A DNA stretch of 61,690 nucleotides, filler included, from Globobulimina sp. (GCA_003354225.1; 22 parts of 22 records of this genome joined end to end with filler, not necessarily neighbours in it), one strand, 5' to 3'. Positions 1 to 13,571 are shown, numbered from the whole stretch's first letter. The notes: generated by a model not told the origin, from the sequence alone. Program-made: numbers and translations.

Positions 1-2375
1 AACTCGCATATAACTGCCAGTACATACAATCATAATCATAATCATAATCATAATCATAATCATACTCACAATCATAACCATCACCAATATCACCATCATA
101 ACAGTATCAACCACCATAAAAAACAATTACTTCGCATGAACGGACACTATTTAATAAAATGCAAACCTTGTTTTCGGAAAACAATGAGAAACGAATATAT
201 GACACAAAAAGATATTCTATTTCTCATTAAATATTCTCTAAAATTATTCATCCAACACAGAGGTCAATACGTACATCAACACAATAACAGCTATCATAAC
301 CATGAAATAGCACAGTTTCAGTCCAATTTTAAATATTCCAAACCATTATTACCAAACTTACAGCCACCATCACAACATCAACAGTCATTCTCTACGGATA
401 TCGATATAGTTCACTGCATTGAAGAAGATATAAATTGTACCTCATCAGAATATGTGACTGGTAATGGTAAGAATATGGATATGAATATAAAGATGAATGC
501 CGAGGATGATATTGTATCAAAATCAAATGAAGCGTATCATGACAAGAGTAATACGTCCAATTCACTATCAACATTGAGTGGGATACCAATAATTCGACAT
601 AGTCACAGCGACAGTAATGATGACATTATTACTCATGACATTAAATCTGATGTAAAATCTATAAAATCTACGAAATCCAAGAAATGGAACAAAAAAAAAG
701 AATTAAAACAGGAATTGAATAGAATACAAAAAGATTACAGGTCAATGTTGAAAGATTATAATAATTTGCAAAATTTTATTATTAGGAAAGGTATATACTA
801 TGATCCACTCGCTATAAATAAAGAGAATGCACAGCATCTTAGTTATAATCCATATTCATTGCCGATTAATGGGAAAATACGCAATGTGGATACATTGCAG
901 TTGGAAAATGAGAATTTGTTGATGCAAAATTTGCAAATCAAGAAAGAGAGAGATGAATTTGCAAATAAATATATGTTATTACGCAATGAAAGAAACAGAT
1001 TAAAAACGGAAAATATAAATTTAAAAGCACTTATTCAAGAATTGAAACAAGAAAAGTTGTTAAATATATATGGTGACAAATCAGTATCAAATGATTCCAA
1101 CGCTTCCATTGTTATCCATGATACACCGATCTCTGCGTCGGACGATGATGAGGATGACGACGACGACGATGAGGTGAAAATGTTGCAGCGGATATTACCA
1201 CAAAGTGATAATAATACATTTTATACAGAATTAACGACATTGTATGATATTAAGAGTCTCAATAATAATGAATTAAGGTCCAATTCGTCTGTTTATTATT
1301 ACATAATAATGTTGTTCAGATACATAATTTGCAAAATATAAAGTGTTGATCAAATATTTGTTTTCCAATTTGATATATTTTGCAGATATTAATCTGAATA
1401 AACATTATAATATTAACTAGCTTGCCAGAATTGGATGAAAATGAATATGACTCTGAAGAAGACACAGCAAAGAAACATACCTCCTCTATATTGGATATAT
1501 TAACATATAAAAGGAAATCAAACAAAAAACAAACAGTGCAAAGAGGTCGAGGTCGAGCTCGCTCCCAATCCAATTCTTTATTGCCAGTAAACAGTGTGTT
1601 TGAGTTACGGAGAGAGGAAGACGTAATATTACAAAATGAATTTGATTTATTTCGGTTATTAATTGATGATAGAAATGACGAAGAAACGTTAAATTTAAAC
1701 AGTGTCATCAAACGAAGGCGCGGTTCTTTTAAAATTATTAATTATTTAGGTATTGATGCATTAATTGATCATGTTACTTCGCCCAAAATCTTTAATATTG
1801 AAACGTTGTCAAATTTCTTACCGTTAATATTATTTAAAGCGAGTAAATTTGAAAAAGAAATTCAAACAAAAACCAAAACAAACAAACCAGCGTCAAAAAC
1901 CAATTATGCATTAATATTAATATCGAGGCTCTCGAAAGTAAACAGGTTATGGCAAAATGATGATATTCGACAAAAGTTGCAGTTTCTATCAAATTCATTT
2001 TGTAAACACGATAAGAATGCGAAGCAAATTAAAAACATATTTAATAATTCTTATAAAATATATCAAAATAAAGTGAATAAAAATGCATCAAATAGCAATG
2101 GTAATGGTTATAGTAATGATTTGATTATTTTTTGGCAAAATATTATGAATTTAACGGAGAACGAAGCCCAAAATGTAGATTATAATTTATTTTATCGTGA
2201 TCCAGTCATATCAAACTATCCGCCTTTACGTAGAATAAAAGTATGTCGCGAGCTAAAATCAGCAAATAAACCGATTTTATGCGAGTTATGGGTTGAAAAT
2301 GAAGAATATAAAAATAATTCTGAATTAAACTTATCGTATATTGTTTCTGTACATTGTAATAGGAATGAATTATAA
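1..2375 (+). CDS. Partial multi-exon low-complexity/coiled-coil protein; last exon weakly resembles the lead-in to a PI3/PI4-kinase-like domain
   Basis: Frame 1 is open from base 1 (His-Asn repeat) to 1341 and a second ORF runs 1422-2375, separated by AT-rich intron-like DNA ending AACTAG. KSANKPIL resembles the PI3K S-x-x-x-P motif, but no GDDLR motif is visible. Confidence 0.5.
28..80 (+). repeat. (AATCAT)n coding hexamer repeat
   Basis: Tandem AATCAT units encoding Asn-His. Confidence 0.85.
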
Positions 2376-2711
2376 AAATGTAATGCAAATATATACAAAT
2401 TAAACATATTACATATACATACAATTGAATTGGTAATCGGAATATAAATTGTTGCGAAGATTGTGGTACTTTCCATGGTATGTTACACTGCTTTCTAGGG
2501 AATGTAATATGATACACCTCCCAACTGGCTACAGTGTGTAACATATCTTTAACTTTAATCTTTTGAGCAGTAAATTGGATGATTGGTTTATTTGAAATTG
2601 TCATAATTAATGCTTTTTGATCAGCAAAATCTAACTCTTCAATAAATTGCGCATTTACGCTGTCCAAACTCATTAAACTCAAATTATCCGTCCTCGTATG
2701 TTGTGCAGGGG

Positions 2712-2811
2712 NNNNNNNNNNNNNNNNNNNNNNNNNNNNNNNNNNNNNNNNNNNNTTAATTAATTAANNNNNNNNNNNNNNNNNNNNNNNNNNNNNNNNN
2801 NNNNNNNNNNN
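2712..2811. other. Artificial contig-joining spacer (first of 21 identical spacers, recurring every ~2.81 kb; last at 58885-58984)
   Basis: N44-TTAATTAATTAA-N44, with stops in all six frames. Contig lengths fall monotonically from 2711 to 2706 bp, so neighbouring contigs are unlinked. Confidence 0.99.
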
Positions 2812-4924
2812 TATTTTCAATAGTTTGCGCCAACTCATCATCAAATTGCAATTGTTGATATTTGTCCTCATTCTCTTCATTTTCATCATTTTCTTCATTT
2901 TTGCCTCGAATTTCATTCATATTTTCATTCTTTTGATGATTAACATTATGCTCAATAATATGAACGTTGCTATTTTTTGTTTCCCCTTCATTTTTATCTG
3001 TAATTTTATCCACATCCATATGCTCCTCATTATCATCCATATTGTCTATAATTTCATTCTCATTTAAAATATCAATCTCATCCAATTTTATGTCATAATC
3101 AGTTTCTGGGATTTCTTCATCATTATTTTCACCCATTTCCTCCTTTTCCTTTTCCTTTTCATCCATCTCATGTTTGCCAGTTTCATCCACTTCTTCCAGT
3201 TCCACTGTGTTATCTGACGCAACAATGATCGCTAATAATTTTCCAATCTCTTTCTCGCTCATAATCTCACATTCAATCTCAGTCAAATCAATCAATACTG
3301 TCTTATGTCTGACATTTATGGCATTACCAATCACTTCAATCTCTAAATTATTATCCTGCGCAAATATAACCTGTCCATATTGCCATTTGTCCCCAACTGC
3401 CTTACAACGATAACGAATATATTCACCACATTCTGGATATTCAACACTTAAATCAATATCACAAGATTTTATTCTCTCTCTTTCTGACCATATTATATGT
3501 GACTCTGCCAATATTTCTTTGTTTGCTTTCTTTTCTGACGATATTATATGTTTTGATTTATTTTCTTCTTTTTTGTCATTCCTTCGCTTTGATTGATATG
3601 ATTTATATGTTTGGGTAACTTTTTTAGATTTCGTTTTTGCTTTTTTTTTGCGTCTTGCTATCATATTAACAGTGGCGGTCTGAGGCAAAATCGAGACAAT
3701 ATCTTGTACCAAAGTAGCAAAATCAGCATCATTATCAGATTCAAATTCAAATTTAATATGTGATATATTATCATAACTCCCATCATAGATTACAACATCA
3801 TTTTTACTCTCAAACTCAATAAAATGAATACAACATTGCATGCTATTCGCATCCGATTCAAATCTAGAGACACCATCCCATAGTACAGAGGCCTCAAATG
3901 ATAAATCGATGTCACATGTTACATACAATAATTTCGTACCAATATGTACTTTAAAATTGCCATCAAAATGTCGCAATTCGTCGGTTCCGCGGCCGGATCC
4001 ATTGTAGATCCATGCTTTTCCAATGTGTTGTAATGTCCACACTGAATTTTCTGGATATATTTGGTCATTATAATCCAATAAAATATCTGCAATATCAATA
4101 TGTTTTGATTCTGTATGTTCGGAGTCGAATAATTTATCATTTACTTTATTTTTGATCAGTTTTTTAATGGTTGCTAATGAAATGGTGGCATCCGATACAT
4201 TTTTGACGTCTGTAAATAATCCCTTATAAAACTGCGATTTTATTTTTTTTAAATAACTAATTTTATTGGAACAGGATTTAAAATGCTGAAAATAGGAAGA
4301 TATCCACTCAAATAATATATTTTGTAGATACCAATCACCGCACCCATTGATTCTATAACCGATTGCTTTGATTTTATTGGAATCCAAATAATATTTTAAA
4401 TCATTGAACGTCATTCGATCCAATAAGGTCTGGCAATGTTTGGTTGACGCTCTGTTTAATACAAAGTTGAAATCATTGTTCAATGCGTTGTCGATAAAGA
4501 TACGGCCCATGGAACAGATGGAAGGCAATAATTTATTATTTCTTTTTTCTTTTTCAGTCCATGATACTAATATTTCCATACATTCCTCATTGTTTTTAAA
4601 TGTATCTGCTGCGCCGCACACCGATTTTGCAAATTTTTTTATTTTTTGATTGGAGGCCAGGTCGATGCTATGTAAACATTGAAATAATATTATCGATCGA
4701 TTTGTGTTTGTGCTACTTTGTGGTTTTTTAACGCGTGATAATTCAGTAAAGGCATTGATTATTCCCGTCAATGTGTTCTCGTCATCACCGGCAATTTCTG
4801 TAGGTTTATCATTTGTGTCTTGCGCTGTTATGGAGGCGTCTAAATTCTTCCACCATTTAGTTCTTTCACTTCTTTTCGCGGTTTGATTAAAAGATTGAAA
4901 CAGTTCAGCGATATCTTGTGACAT
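2812..4924 (-). CDS. 3'-truncated >700 aa protein; N-terminal half resembles the SYCP2 ARM-like plus PH/Spt16M-like module, followed by a basic patch, a possible Tudor-like segment and an acidic tail
   Basis: Long uninterrupted ORF. IGYRINGCGDWYLQNILFEWI resembles the SYCP2 G-x-R-I-x-x-x-G-D-Y-x-L-Q-x(4)-E motif as I recall it, and a beta-rich segment follows. Confidence 0.55.
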
Positions 4925-5622
4925 TGTTTAATGACTAAGCTCACTTCAAGAAAACTTCGAAGAAATTAACAGAAACGAATCGACCATGTCAGCACGATTC
5001 ATTATCTTTATTATATCCATGGCATGTTCTTGTTGCGATGCATTGCCGCAAAGCCAAACTATTGTCTTCCTTCAGACAATTGCTGGCCTTCTCCGACAGA
5101 GATCCTATACAAACCCCTTTAGAGATCCTATACACTCGATCATAGGCTCCAAGCACTCGAACAGTCGAACTCAAGGCGAATTCGACCGGATAAATTGCAA
5201 AGGTCTATTACAATTATACAATTAACGCATAAACTATAATTTGAATGCTTTAAATCCGCACATTAAATTTCCCATTTTGATATATTGTGAAAATACATCT
5301 CTTTCTTTCGCATTCAAAGTACTCACATTTGAATCGTAAACAAAGTCCCAGTTTTTAGGATCAATAAACTCAACATTATTAAGGTATTGTATTACAGGGT
5401 GTTAAATTTGATATTCTCTAAAATCTCCGTCTGTTTGTATGCATAAAACGAAAAGTTTTGATTCTGTGCAGCTAAAATATTAATAAATAGTGGCTGCATT
5501 ACCGTCTCTCCAATTTGAATGCNNNNNNNNNNNNNNNNNNNNNNNNNNNNNNNNNNNNNNNNNNNNTTAATTAATTAANNNNNNNNNNNNNNNNNNNNNN
5601 NNNNNNNNNNNNNNNNNNNNNN

Positions 5623-7551
5623 AAAATCCGTGAATGCGGTGAGTTATCCACGGAGCCAAACTGACTGAAATTGTTTTCAATTTGTCCGGATTCCCCCATC
5701 AATCCATGATTTCCGTGCACTTTTTCCTCATAAGTAGGCAATGCAGAAAACTCATCATTGCCATCACTGTTCATTTGGATCATTTGTGATGCATTGGTAT
5801 GGGAGGCAGCCACCGGCGAATTGTTATCCGTTGGCAGAGTCATTGTGTTGTTGTATGCATGCAAGTGCTTAATAGGCGAATGAATGACTTTTGTTTCAAA
5901 TAAATCCTCCTTCGAAGAAGCAATAATGTTAATATTTATTTTTTTTTCTGGCAAATTAGGTTCAAACATTGTAATATTGTCAATATTGGCATAATCATCG
6001 ACCGATGATGTTGCAGTAATTGCCGGTATTTTGGAATCACTATCTTTAAAATGAATAATTTTCGGGATATCCACCATTTCGATATCAATGGCGGCCTGTT
6101 TCTCATTTTCAGCACAAAGCAAATGTAGACATGGACAGCAAAAACAAAATGTACATTTGCAGCAACAATGGGCATACACCTGATATCCAATAGAATCAAT
6201 GGGTGCTTTCTTACCGTATAAGTTATCAATGGCTAACCAGTAATATATGATAATCGCCACCAATAAACGTGACAGCACAGACAATATGTAATTAAATGTT
6301 GTATAAAATAGAGGCTGTTCATTGTATGGTGTATTCAATGTTGTTTTTTGTCGTATCGCTCGTGACAAAGTTGAATATATATCAAAGCATGCCAACATTA
6401 CCACAAATACTGTTATTTTAACAAATTTACGTTTGTGATTCGCTAGGTTCTGTGTATAATATTTATTTTTATATTTATACGCAAATTTACACAAATCGCA
6501 AGCAAAACATGTACAAAATCAGTGTAATGTGTTATTTTCGAGTACACCCAACACAAAAATGAACCGCACGAATTAAAATGTTGCATCTGACTGATATCGA
6601 TATATATTTATTTTCGCTCCATTAAAATTCATCAAATCATACAACAAATATTTTCTGTCGACATTCATTTTATGTACATAGAGATTGCGATAAATGCTCA
6701 GAAACGATTTGTTGTATGATTTCATTTGAAAATATGTAGCAAAAACATTCTAACCGCAATCATCAAATAAGCACAGAAAAGAACAAAATGAACATAAAAT
6801 TAACTTGAATGACTTCTTCATTTTTCTGAATTGCATGAATTTGAGGAAATAAATCGTTGTTAGGAATGTGAGTGGATACAGAATTATCGTTTTTGTGTGC
6901 AATATTTCTCGATTTCTGCAGATGAATGAATGATTTTTGTACTTTATTGACTTCGCGATATAAAGAAATAAAAGATATGGCCACAAATAATGACATATAG
7001 CTCATCCACGCCGAGGTAATATATTTATATAATATCTTCCTATAAAAAGAATCGTTTTTATACCACGAGAATATCTGACAAATAATAGTCGCGCTCCAAA
7101 ATAGAAAGGTGAGCAAACATACAAATACTTTGCTAAATGTTGGGCTTTGACATTGATTTTTGTTTTGATGGTCGATGTCGCTGTTTTGCGGTACAAGGGA
7201 TAGTTTATTTGATTCGTATTTAAGCACAGATATTTGTGACGCAGTTTGTGCTGCGGATATTATGTTATTTATAAAAGGGACCGCCAATGGTATGACAAGC
7301 AATAAATGGAACCAGTCCAGGAATATGCACAATGTCTTTATTTCGAAGGATAAGCTGTGATGAATGCCATTGAAATTAATGATGATATTGTATAGCAACA
7401 ATAGTAAACCTGCGAGGATCATTAAATAACGATAGAATATCAATGGGGTGTCATCCGATGATGATAATAATGTATGCGGCACGAATAAAAGTAATGAGAG
7501 CAATGTTACCAATGATATTAAAGTGTACGCAAAATACTCTATGTAACGCAT
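5623..7551 (-). CDS. Multi-exon multipass membrane protein, GPCR-like (7TM) with Cys-rich juxtamembrane tail; 3'-truncated
   Basis: ORF 6763-7551 has about five hydrophobic helices. ORF 5623-6494 has two more, then CCCKCTFCFCCPC and a disordered tail. Exact splice sites were not resolved. Confidence 0.6.
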
Positions 7552-7889
7552 TTGTTTTGTAGAGCTGGTTTATTTTCTGGGCTCTGAAAAAAGTTTAAAT
7601 TACGCCATTCGCATTTATTCTGCCGCTTGAAATACTAAGAAACAGCAGATAGAGGCAATTAAAAAAATGTTTGGTTTAACTATAATTACTGTATATAATT
7701 AATATTAATAATTAATCACAAGGGCACCCAAGGATAGAATGTGTAACAATGCAATACACAATGCAATAGAATTAAAATTGCAAACTTTCAAATAAGATTT
7801 TGACTATTTTGCGGTTGCAATGGTTGATTTTGTTCATTTTCTGGTGTGCAACATACGCAAACTAATGTGGTATTAAATAATTTATATTT

Positions 7890-8333
7890 TTATTTAAACA
7901 CTCGAATATAACAAATACATCCAATTATATCTAATGACAAACATATGCCACATACAATTATTATATTTTGTTTATTTCCATACGGCGCAGCTAACCCCCA
8001 ATTAACCCATTGAATAATATGTGCAAAAACTGCCAATATCATAGTGATTTGTCGTAAAGGAGATGTAGTATCATATACACCGCAAAAACGCAAAGATCCC
8101 CTCCAAAACCAAAAAATAACCAGAAAACGTAATGAAGTCAGGGTCACCGAAAAAAAAAGAAAAAACCATGAATGCGCTGAAATTGCATCTCCTTTTAAAA
8201 TATTCATCGGCTTTAACCATATACCACTCAATGCGCTGGGAAGCACCAAAAAAAGCAACGCAACCGTATCCCACCAAATATACTTTCGTTCATAATCAAC
8301 TCCTAATTCATAAACAACTATTTATTGATGAGA
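7890..8333 (-). CDS. 5'-truncated small membrane protein
   Basis: ORF with three hydrophobic segments, ending at the stop at 7890. Confidence 0.45.
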
Positions 8334-8433
8334 NNNNNNNNNNNNNNNNNNNNNNNNNNNNNNNNNNNNNNNNNNNNTTAATTAATTAANNNNNNNNNNN
8401 NNNNNNNNNNNNNNNNNNNNNNNNNNNNNNNNN

Positions 8434-10413
8434 CGAATCTGGAGATATTGGATGTTATCTTTTGCTAAACACGGCCAGGTCAAGTCATGTTTGTTATTTT
8501 TAGATAAAATGGACCGGTCCAACAATATCGCTGCTATTCATACGAGACATTTTAATGGTTTGCTGTATGCCTATTATAAGAATAATGATTTAGATGGACT
8601 GCGGAAAACATATGAATATATGATCAATGTTACCAAACAAAAACGTGATAAGAGTAATATTTATAAATTACAGAAAATGAAAATTCGACCAGATATTAAA
8701 TCATATCATATCATCGCCAGAGCATATTTAGAAAATGAGAGCAATTTTGAATTAAATAATTTATTGGAATCGATGGAATATAATGATATTGGATTAGATT
8801 GGAAGATGTATAGCATTGCACTGCAATCGATGTTGAATGAAAATGAAACAGATTCCATTGCAGTAAAATGGGAAAATATTTCACAATATTTGTCATCAGT
8901 AATTTCATCAAAAAAAGTGTTCCCTCGACAACCAATGGTCGATGACATATTATCGGCATCCATTCAACTTAATGTATTGAGTCACGGTTTAAATTTTATT
9001 CATCAGATATTTGACGATCCCGATTTGAGAACTTCGACATTGCCAACTGAACAGAAACTGGGTGAATTCATTGCGGTTATGTTTATAAAGACATTTAACA
9101 ACAATGAGTACCATCAATTATATCGCGGACTGTTTGCGTATTTGCAAGAGGAATACCAGCAGATTTATAATATTTTGAATAGTACAAAAACGCCTGAAAA
9201 CGAAGAGAAAAAGAAATATCTCTCAAATTTTCGATTTCGACCAAAAAGGTTATTACAAAGTGCATTATTAACATTGAATCAATATTTTGATCCAAGAATA
9301 TGTACATTAAATATCTATGATGAGGATGATACAAATAATAAATTAGATTGCAGACAATTGTTAATTGACATTCTAAGACATTTGTTTGTTCCGATTGAGG
9401 AATTAAAAGTAATTAAAATGAAGAAAAACACAGCAAATAACAGCCACAATAAGAATAATAATATTCTGTCCGACGAGGAGTTGTTGGGCGCATATTATTT
9501 CCCAATGATTGAGCAAATTTTGAATGAATCAGTCAAGCAATATCCAAATTTGATATTATTGGCAAGCTCAGAATTGTCAATGCCAATAAAACCCGCTTTG
9601 TTTACAAAAATGATACATTCGTTTGTATTTAACGGCAATGTGGAAACAATAAAAGCAATTTCCGATGTCATTGATGAATATTATAATTCGAATGCAGCCA
9701 ATCCGTACATTGAATATTTTCAATATGAATCAACAAAGACAGATATAACAAATACTAAACCTATAAAACCATGGCTAATATCAGCAAAAACAGAATGGAC
9801 ATTTTTGCCCTATCAAATGATCGATACTCAAGAATTAGAAAGAATTGATATGAAAATTTCTGATTTAATATTATTTGATGCGTTATTATATGATAAAAAA
9901 TTAAACGATGCATTAAAACATTTGTCACAATTGCATTACGAAAAAAAAATATCATTTATTATTATTAAACAAATTATACAAAGAACACTAAATTATATGA
10001 AAGAAACAAATGAATTGATAGCTATTAATGATAAAGAATATGTGTCAAAGGTCATATATACGTTAACGCAAATTTTAAATCAAACCCCAACCACAAATAA
10101 TGATGATATGATTGATATCGATGATAATGAGCAAGATATGAAAAATAATTATAATAAAAAAGATGTGCAACAAACAAATGAATTGTTTGAATATATTTGG
10201 AATGAGAGTGGATTTACGCGGGGAGCTATTATATTGCAAGGATTGTTAATCAAATTGGATAAAAATCATTGTCTGAAACCATACCTGCAAACATTTTGCA
10301 TCAATGAATTTTCTAAATTGACACAATATGGATTATTGCAACCAGAAACAGACGAACAATCAACAATGTTATTGGATGATTCATACCAAAAACAATCATT
10401 GCTTGCAAAATAA
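8434..10413 (+). CDS. Pentatricopeptide-repeat (PPR) protein, 5'-truncated
   Basis: PPR-like units: SFAKHGQVKSCLLFLDKM, HFNGLLYAYYKNNDLDGLRKTYEYM, IRPDIKSYHIIARAY, LDWKMYSIALQSM. Confidence 0.75.
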   Translation, partial: RIWRYWMLSFAKHGQVKSCLLFLDKMDRSNNIAAIHTRHFNGLLYAYYKNNDLDGLRKTYEYMINVTKQKRDKSNIYKLQKMKIRPDIKSYHIIARAYLENESNFELNNLLESMEYNDIGLDWKMYSIALQSMLNENETDSIAVKWENISQYLSSVISSKKVFPRQPMVDDILSASIQLNVLSHGLNFIHQIFDDPDLRTSTLPTEQKLGEFIAVMFIKTFNNNEYHQLYRGLFAYLQEEYQQIYNILNSTKTPENEEKKKYLSNFRFRPKRLLQSALLTLNQYFDPRICTLNIYDEDDTNNKLDCRQLLIDILRHLFVPIEELKVIKMKKNTANNSHNKNNNILSDEELLGAYYFPMIEQILNESVKQYPNLILLASSELSMPIKPALFTKMIHSFVFNGNVETIKAISDVIDEYYNSNAANPYIEYFQYESTKTDITNTKPIKPWLISAKTEWTFLPYQMIDTQELERIDMKISDLILFDALLYDKKLNDALKHLSQLHYEKKISFIIIKQIIQRTLNYMKETNELIAINDKEYVSKVIYTLTQILNQTPTTNNDDMIDIDDNEQDMKNNYNKKDVQQTNELFEYIWNESGFTRGAIILQGLLIKLDKNHCLKPYLQTFCINEFSKLTQYGLLQPETDEQSTMLLDDSYQKQSLLAK

Positions 10414-10513
10414 ATATGTTCATATTTGTAAAAAATGCAAAAACACTGAGTCAAAAACGTGTTAGTAAACTAGTCACCGAAAACGTGATATATTGCCTCA
10501 AATATAAAAATGA

Positions 10514-11144
10514 TCAGAGTTGTTTAGTCTCTCTCAATATCCTATTGATATGAGCTTGCTTCTTAATACCAATTTGTCTCAAATCATTCTCGTTTATATA
10601 TTTTAAATCATCCAATGTCTCATATCCTTCGTGTTTAAAAGTATCCAAATATTCATTTAAATTTATTTTAGTTAAGAATTTTTGTATAATATTTTGGTCA
10701 TTATATGTATTACCATCATTTATATTGTTATCATTATATTTATTGATACCATTGTTATTTTTAATTAATTTTTGCAATGAACAATAAACCCCTTCAATGT
10801 CATTTAATTCTGTAATACCAATATTATTTATTGATTTTTTTGTAAATTTTAATAAATACTTTCCATCAAAATATGAATTTTTATTGATATCATGATCACC
10901 TTCTTTTGTTTCATATGCATCAATTAAATTATTTTTAACATAATTTTCAATTTTTTGTTTACATTCATTATCATTGGAATAATACTCATTATATGATTTT
11001 TTAACATATTTTACTCGTTTTAAATATTGCATAAAACAAGATACATTCCAATTTTTCCACTCATTTAAAAATTTAATCCATATTTTTTGTCCCTCAATCC
11101 ATTTTTGACTGTTTTCTTTTTTTGATTCAAGTTCATATTTTTTT
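10514..11144 (-). CDS. SAM-domain protein, 5'-truncated
   Basis: The C-terminal FLTKINLNEYLDTFKHEGYETLDDLKYINENDLRQIGIKKQAHINRIL is a canonical SAM domain, preceded by a second degenerate SAM-like segment. Confidence 0.85.
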
Positions 11145-11244
11145 NNNNNNNNNNNNNNNNNNNNNNNNNNNNNNNNNNNNNNNNNNNNTTAATTAATTAA
11201 NNNNNNNNNNNNNNNNNNNNNNNNNNNNNNNNNNNNNNNNNNNN

Positions 11245-12112
11245 TTTACAAAAAGTTACCAATTGATTGGAAAACGGAATATGCACTGTTGAATTTATCA
11301 GAGTTGATGGATATGTGGCCACTGGTAACTCACATTGATTATATAATAATTTCTTGTTATTTGCAACATCCAATGTATAATCATAAAAATACGGTGAATA
11401 GAAATACAACATTTCCAATCGTTGTTGCCTTATAATACAATTAAACGGTTGCCATAAACCAGCTGTATGTTTTGATGTAGTTAGCAAACCTGATTCCAGC
11501 TGTTGAATAAGCTCTAAATACAGCACTTAATGGAATATCATTTTGTTTGTTATCCATAGTTAATGTTTCGGCAACGTTTTTGGATAATGTTAATTGTGGA
11601 ATATATGACAGTATATTAGGAATGTGAGGTGGATATATTTTATTAACACTATTGATTGAAACTTTATTTACATGGCTACCTGCGGTTAAATGTTTAATTT
11701 GTTTCGATAAATCTTTGTTTGTTCTTTCAATATCATTTATACCCAACATTTTTATGTCTAACATTTCATTCGAATACATACTTTTTGAATAAATCAATAG
11801 AAGATAATATTTAAATTGAGTGCAGAATTTATAGCATAAATGTATAATACCAACTGGTATAATTTGAAATAAGGTGGTTTGTGCGTTTGCATCTTGTTGA
11901 ACTTCCCGCAGATATCCTTCAATGATACGTACTGTAGATATTCTCGTTAGTTTTTCAATATATAATTTGAGTTTCTTTAGTTTCTTCTCTTGCTCGTCGT
12001 CATATCGTTTTGATACTCCCAATAGCAATGGAGGTGCCGTGGGTATATCAGTTGATGTTGTATTTGTTGAGGGGGAAAGAGCAGATGTTGGGACTGGTGC
12101 AGGGGCAGCCAT
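11245..12112 (-). CDS. Hypothetical protein with GYLR...IIP..IIHLC N-terminal module; frame break near 11440-11525
   Basis: ORF 11441-12112 overlaps a second-frame ORF that runs to the contig end. Confidence 0.5.
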
Positions 12113-12152
12113 GTTCAGAAAAAAAACTTGAGTAATATGATAATATGTTAAT

Positions 12153-13571
12153 ATGTCTGCCCTAACAGTATTATTATGTGCAGGATTACAATATACAGCA
12201 TCAGGTTTTACAGCATGTAACGATTATCGTGCATGTGCTTCGCTTGATATCGGAGATAAACAATTTGCTGTATGTGATACTTTTGCAAACGTATATATTA
12301 ATATTGTATGTAATATTCAGTGCTGGGGTCATGAATCATGTACTAACGCAGTATTAACAGGAACAGATTCAATGCCAAGATATTTAGATTGCAATGGTGA
12401 TAGTTCATGTAAACATGCAATATTAGATGGATTTCAATATGCATACTGTCAAGGAAAAAATAGTTGTGATAATGCTACATTATCAGCTGATCATATTGAA
12501 TGTGGTGGTTTTGGATCTTGTCAAGATATTAACAAAGAAACTATAAACACGCGAAATATGTATTGTGAAGGCAGTTTTTCATGCTCAGAAAGTGATATAA
12601 ATAGTGGTGTCACAGTAAATTGCAATGCACATAAATCATGTTTGAAATCACAGATACAATCAAAAGATGGTATACTATGCAATGGAATCAATTCTTGTTC
12701 AGATGGTTTGTTACAATCAAAAATGGGTGAAATTGCTTGTAATGGTAAAGCATCGTGCCGTAATTCCAGAATTATTGCCATGGATATTAAAGCCTATGCA
12801 CATTTTAGTGCAGCATTTAGTGATTTAAATGCAGAAAAAATCCATGCAATGGGATATTATTCATTATTATATGCAAATATTGACAGTTTGAATAGGGAGG
12901 AAATTAATGTTACAGCATACGGTGCGTTGGCTGGATACGGTGCTACATTTTTGTGTGAAACTGGATCAAAATGTGTTTTAGATTGTAAAGGCAGTGGGTG
13001 TCAGCATATGGAATTTATATGTTTGCAAGGCGCTCAATGTAATATAATCCCATCTGATTGTTCCATTGATGATGATGTTGATTGTCCTTTTTTAAGGTAT
13101 ATATATTGCACTAATTGGAGATATGAATGGTTATTTCATGTGATTGCTGGTACAATGCCAAAGAACATTTCTCACCAAATTAAATATCAGATGTTTGATG
13201 AGAAACGATGCTTTGAGGCTAATTGCAATTTGACAAAATCACATGAAATCGCATTCATATCTCCATTGCATATGTACCTATATACCGAAAGGGAGAGTGT
13301 CTCATTGCAGCAAGATATTGATTTAAGGGAATATATTAAACAAAAAAAAAGTGATCAAATACAGTTATCACAGTTGTATATTGATGAAGATAATGATCGG
13401 TTGACAGAAATAGGAATAAAAAAAGAATATGGTTTATTTAATAATATACTTAAATATGTTTTATATTCGAATATATTTCCATCATTCATTGTATTTCTGG
13501 TTACATTGATATTATCCATTTATTATTATTCAATGAAATATAAAAATAGTATTTATACACAAATTCCCTGA
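12153..13571 (+). CDS. Secreted/type I membrane Cys-rich repeat protein
   Basis: Signal peptide, many C-x-G-x-x-S-C repeats of about 20 aa and a C-terminal TM helix. A probable in-frame 51-nt intron lies at 12270-12320 (GTATGT...ATTCAG). Confidence 0.75.
   Translation: MSALTVLLCAGLQYTASGFTACNDYRACASLDIGDKQFAVCDTFANVYINIVCNIQCWGHESCTNAVLTGTDSMPRYLDCNGDSSCKHAILDGFQYAYCQGKNSCDNATLSADHIECGGFGSCQDINKETINTRNMYCEGSFSCSESDINSGVTVNCNAHKSCLKSQIQSKDGILCNGINSCSDGLLQSKMGEIACNGKASCRNSRIIAMDIKAYAHFSAAFSDLNAEKIHAMGYYSLLYANIDSLNREEINVTAYGALAGYGATFLCETGSKCVLDCKGSGCQHMEFICLQGAQCNIIPSDCSIDDDVDCPFLRYIYCTNWRYEWLFHVIAGTMPKNISHQIKYQMFDEKRCFEANCNLTKSHEIAFISPLHMYLYTERESVSLQQDIDLREYIKQKKSDQIQLSQLYIDEDNDRLTEIGIKKEYGLFNNILKYVLYSNIFPSFIVFLVTLILSIYYYSMKYKNSIYTQIP

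Noticed and set aside
2240-2375. Confident PI3-kinase call
   Set aside because: Only one short motif is present and the downstream catalytic motifs are not found in the contig.
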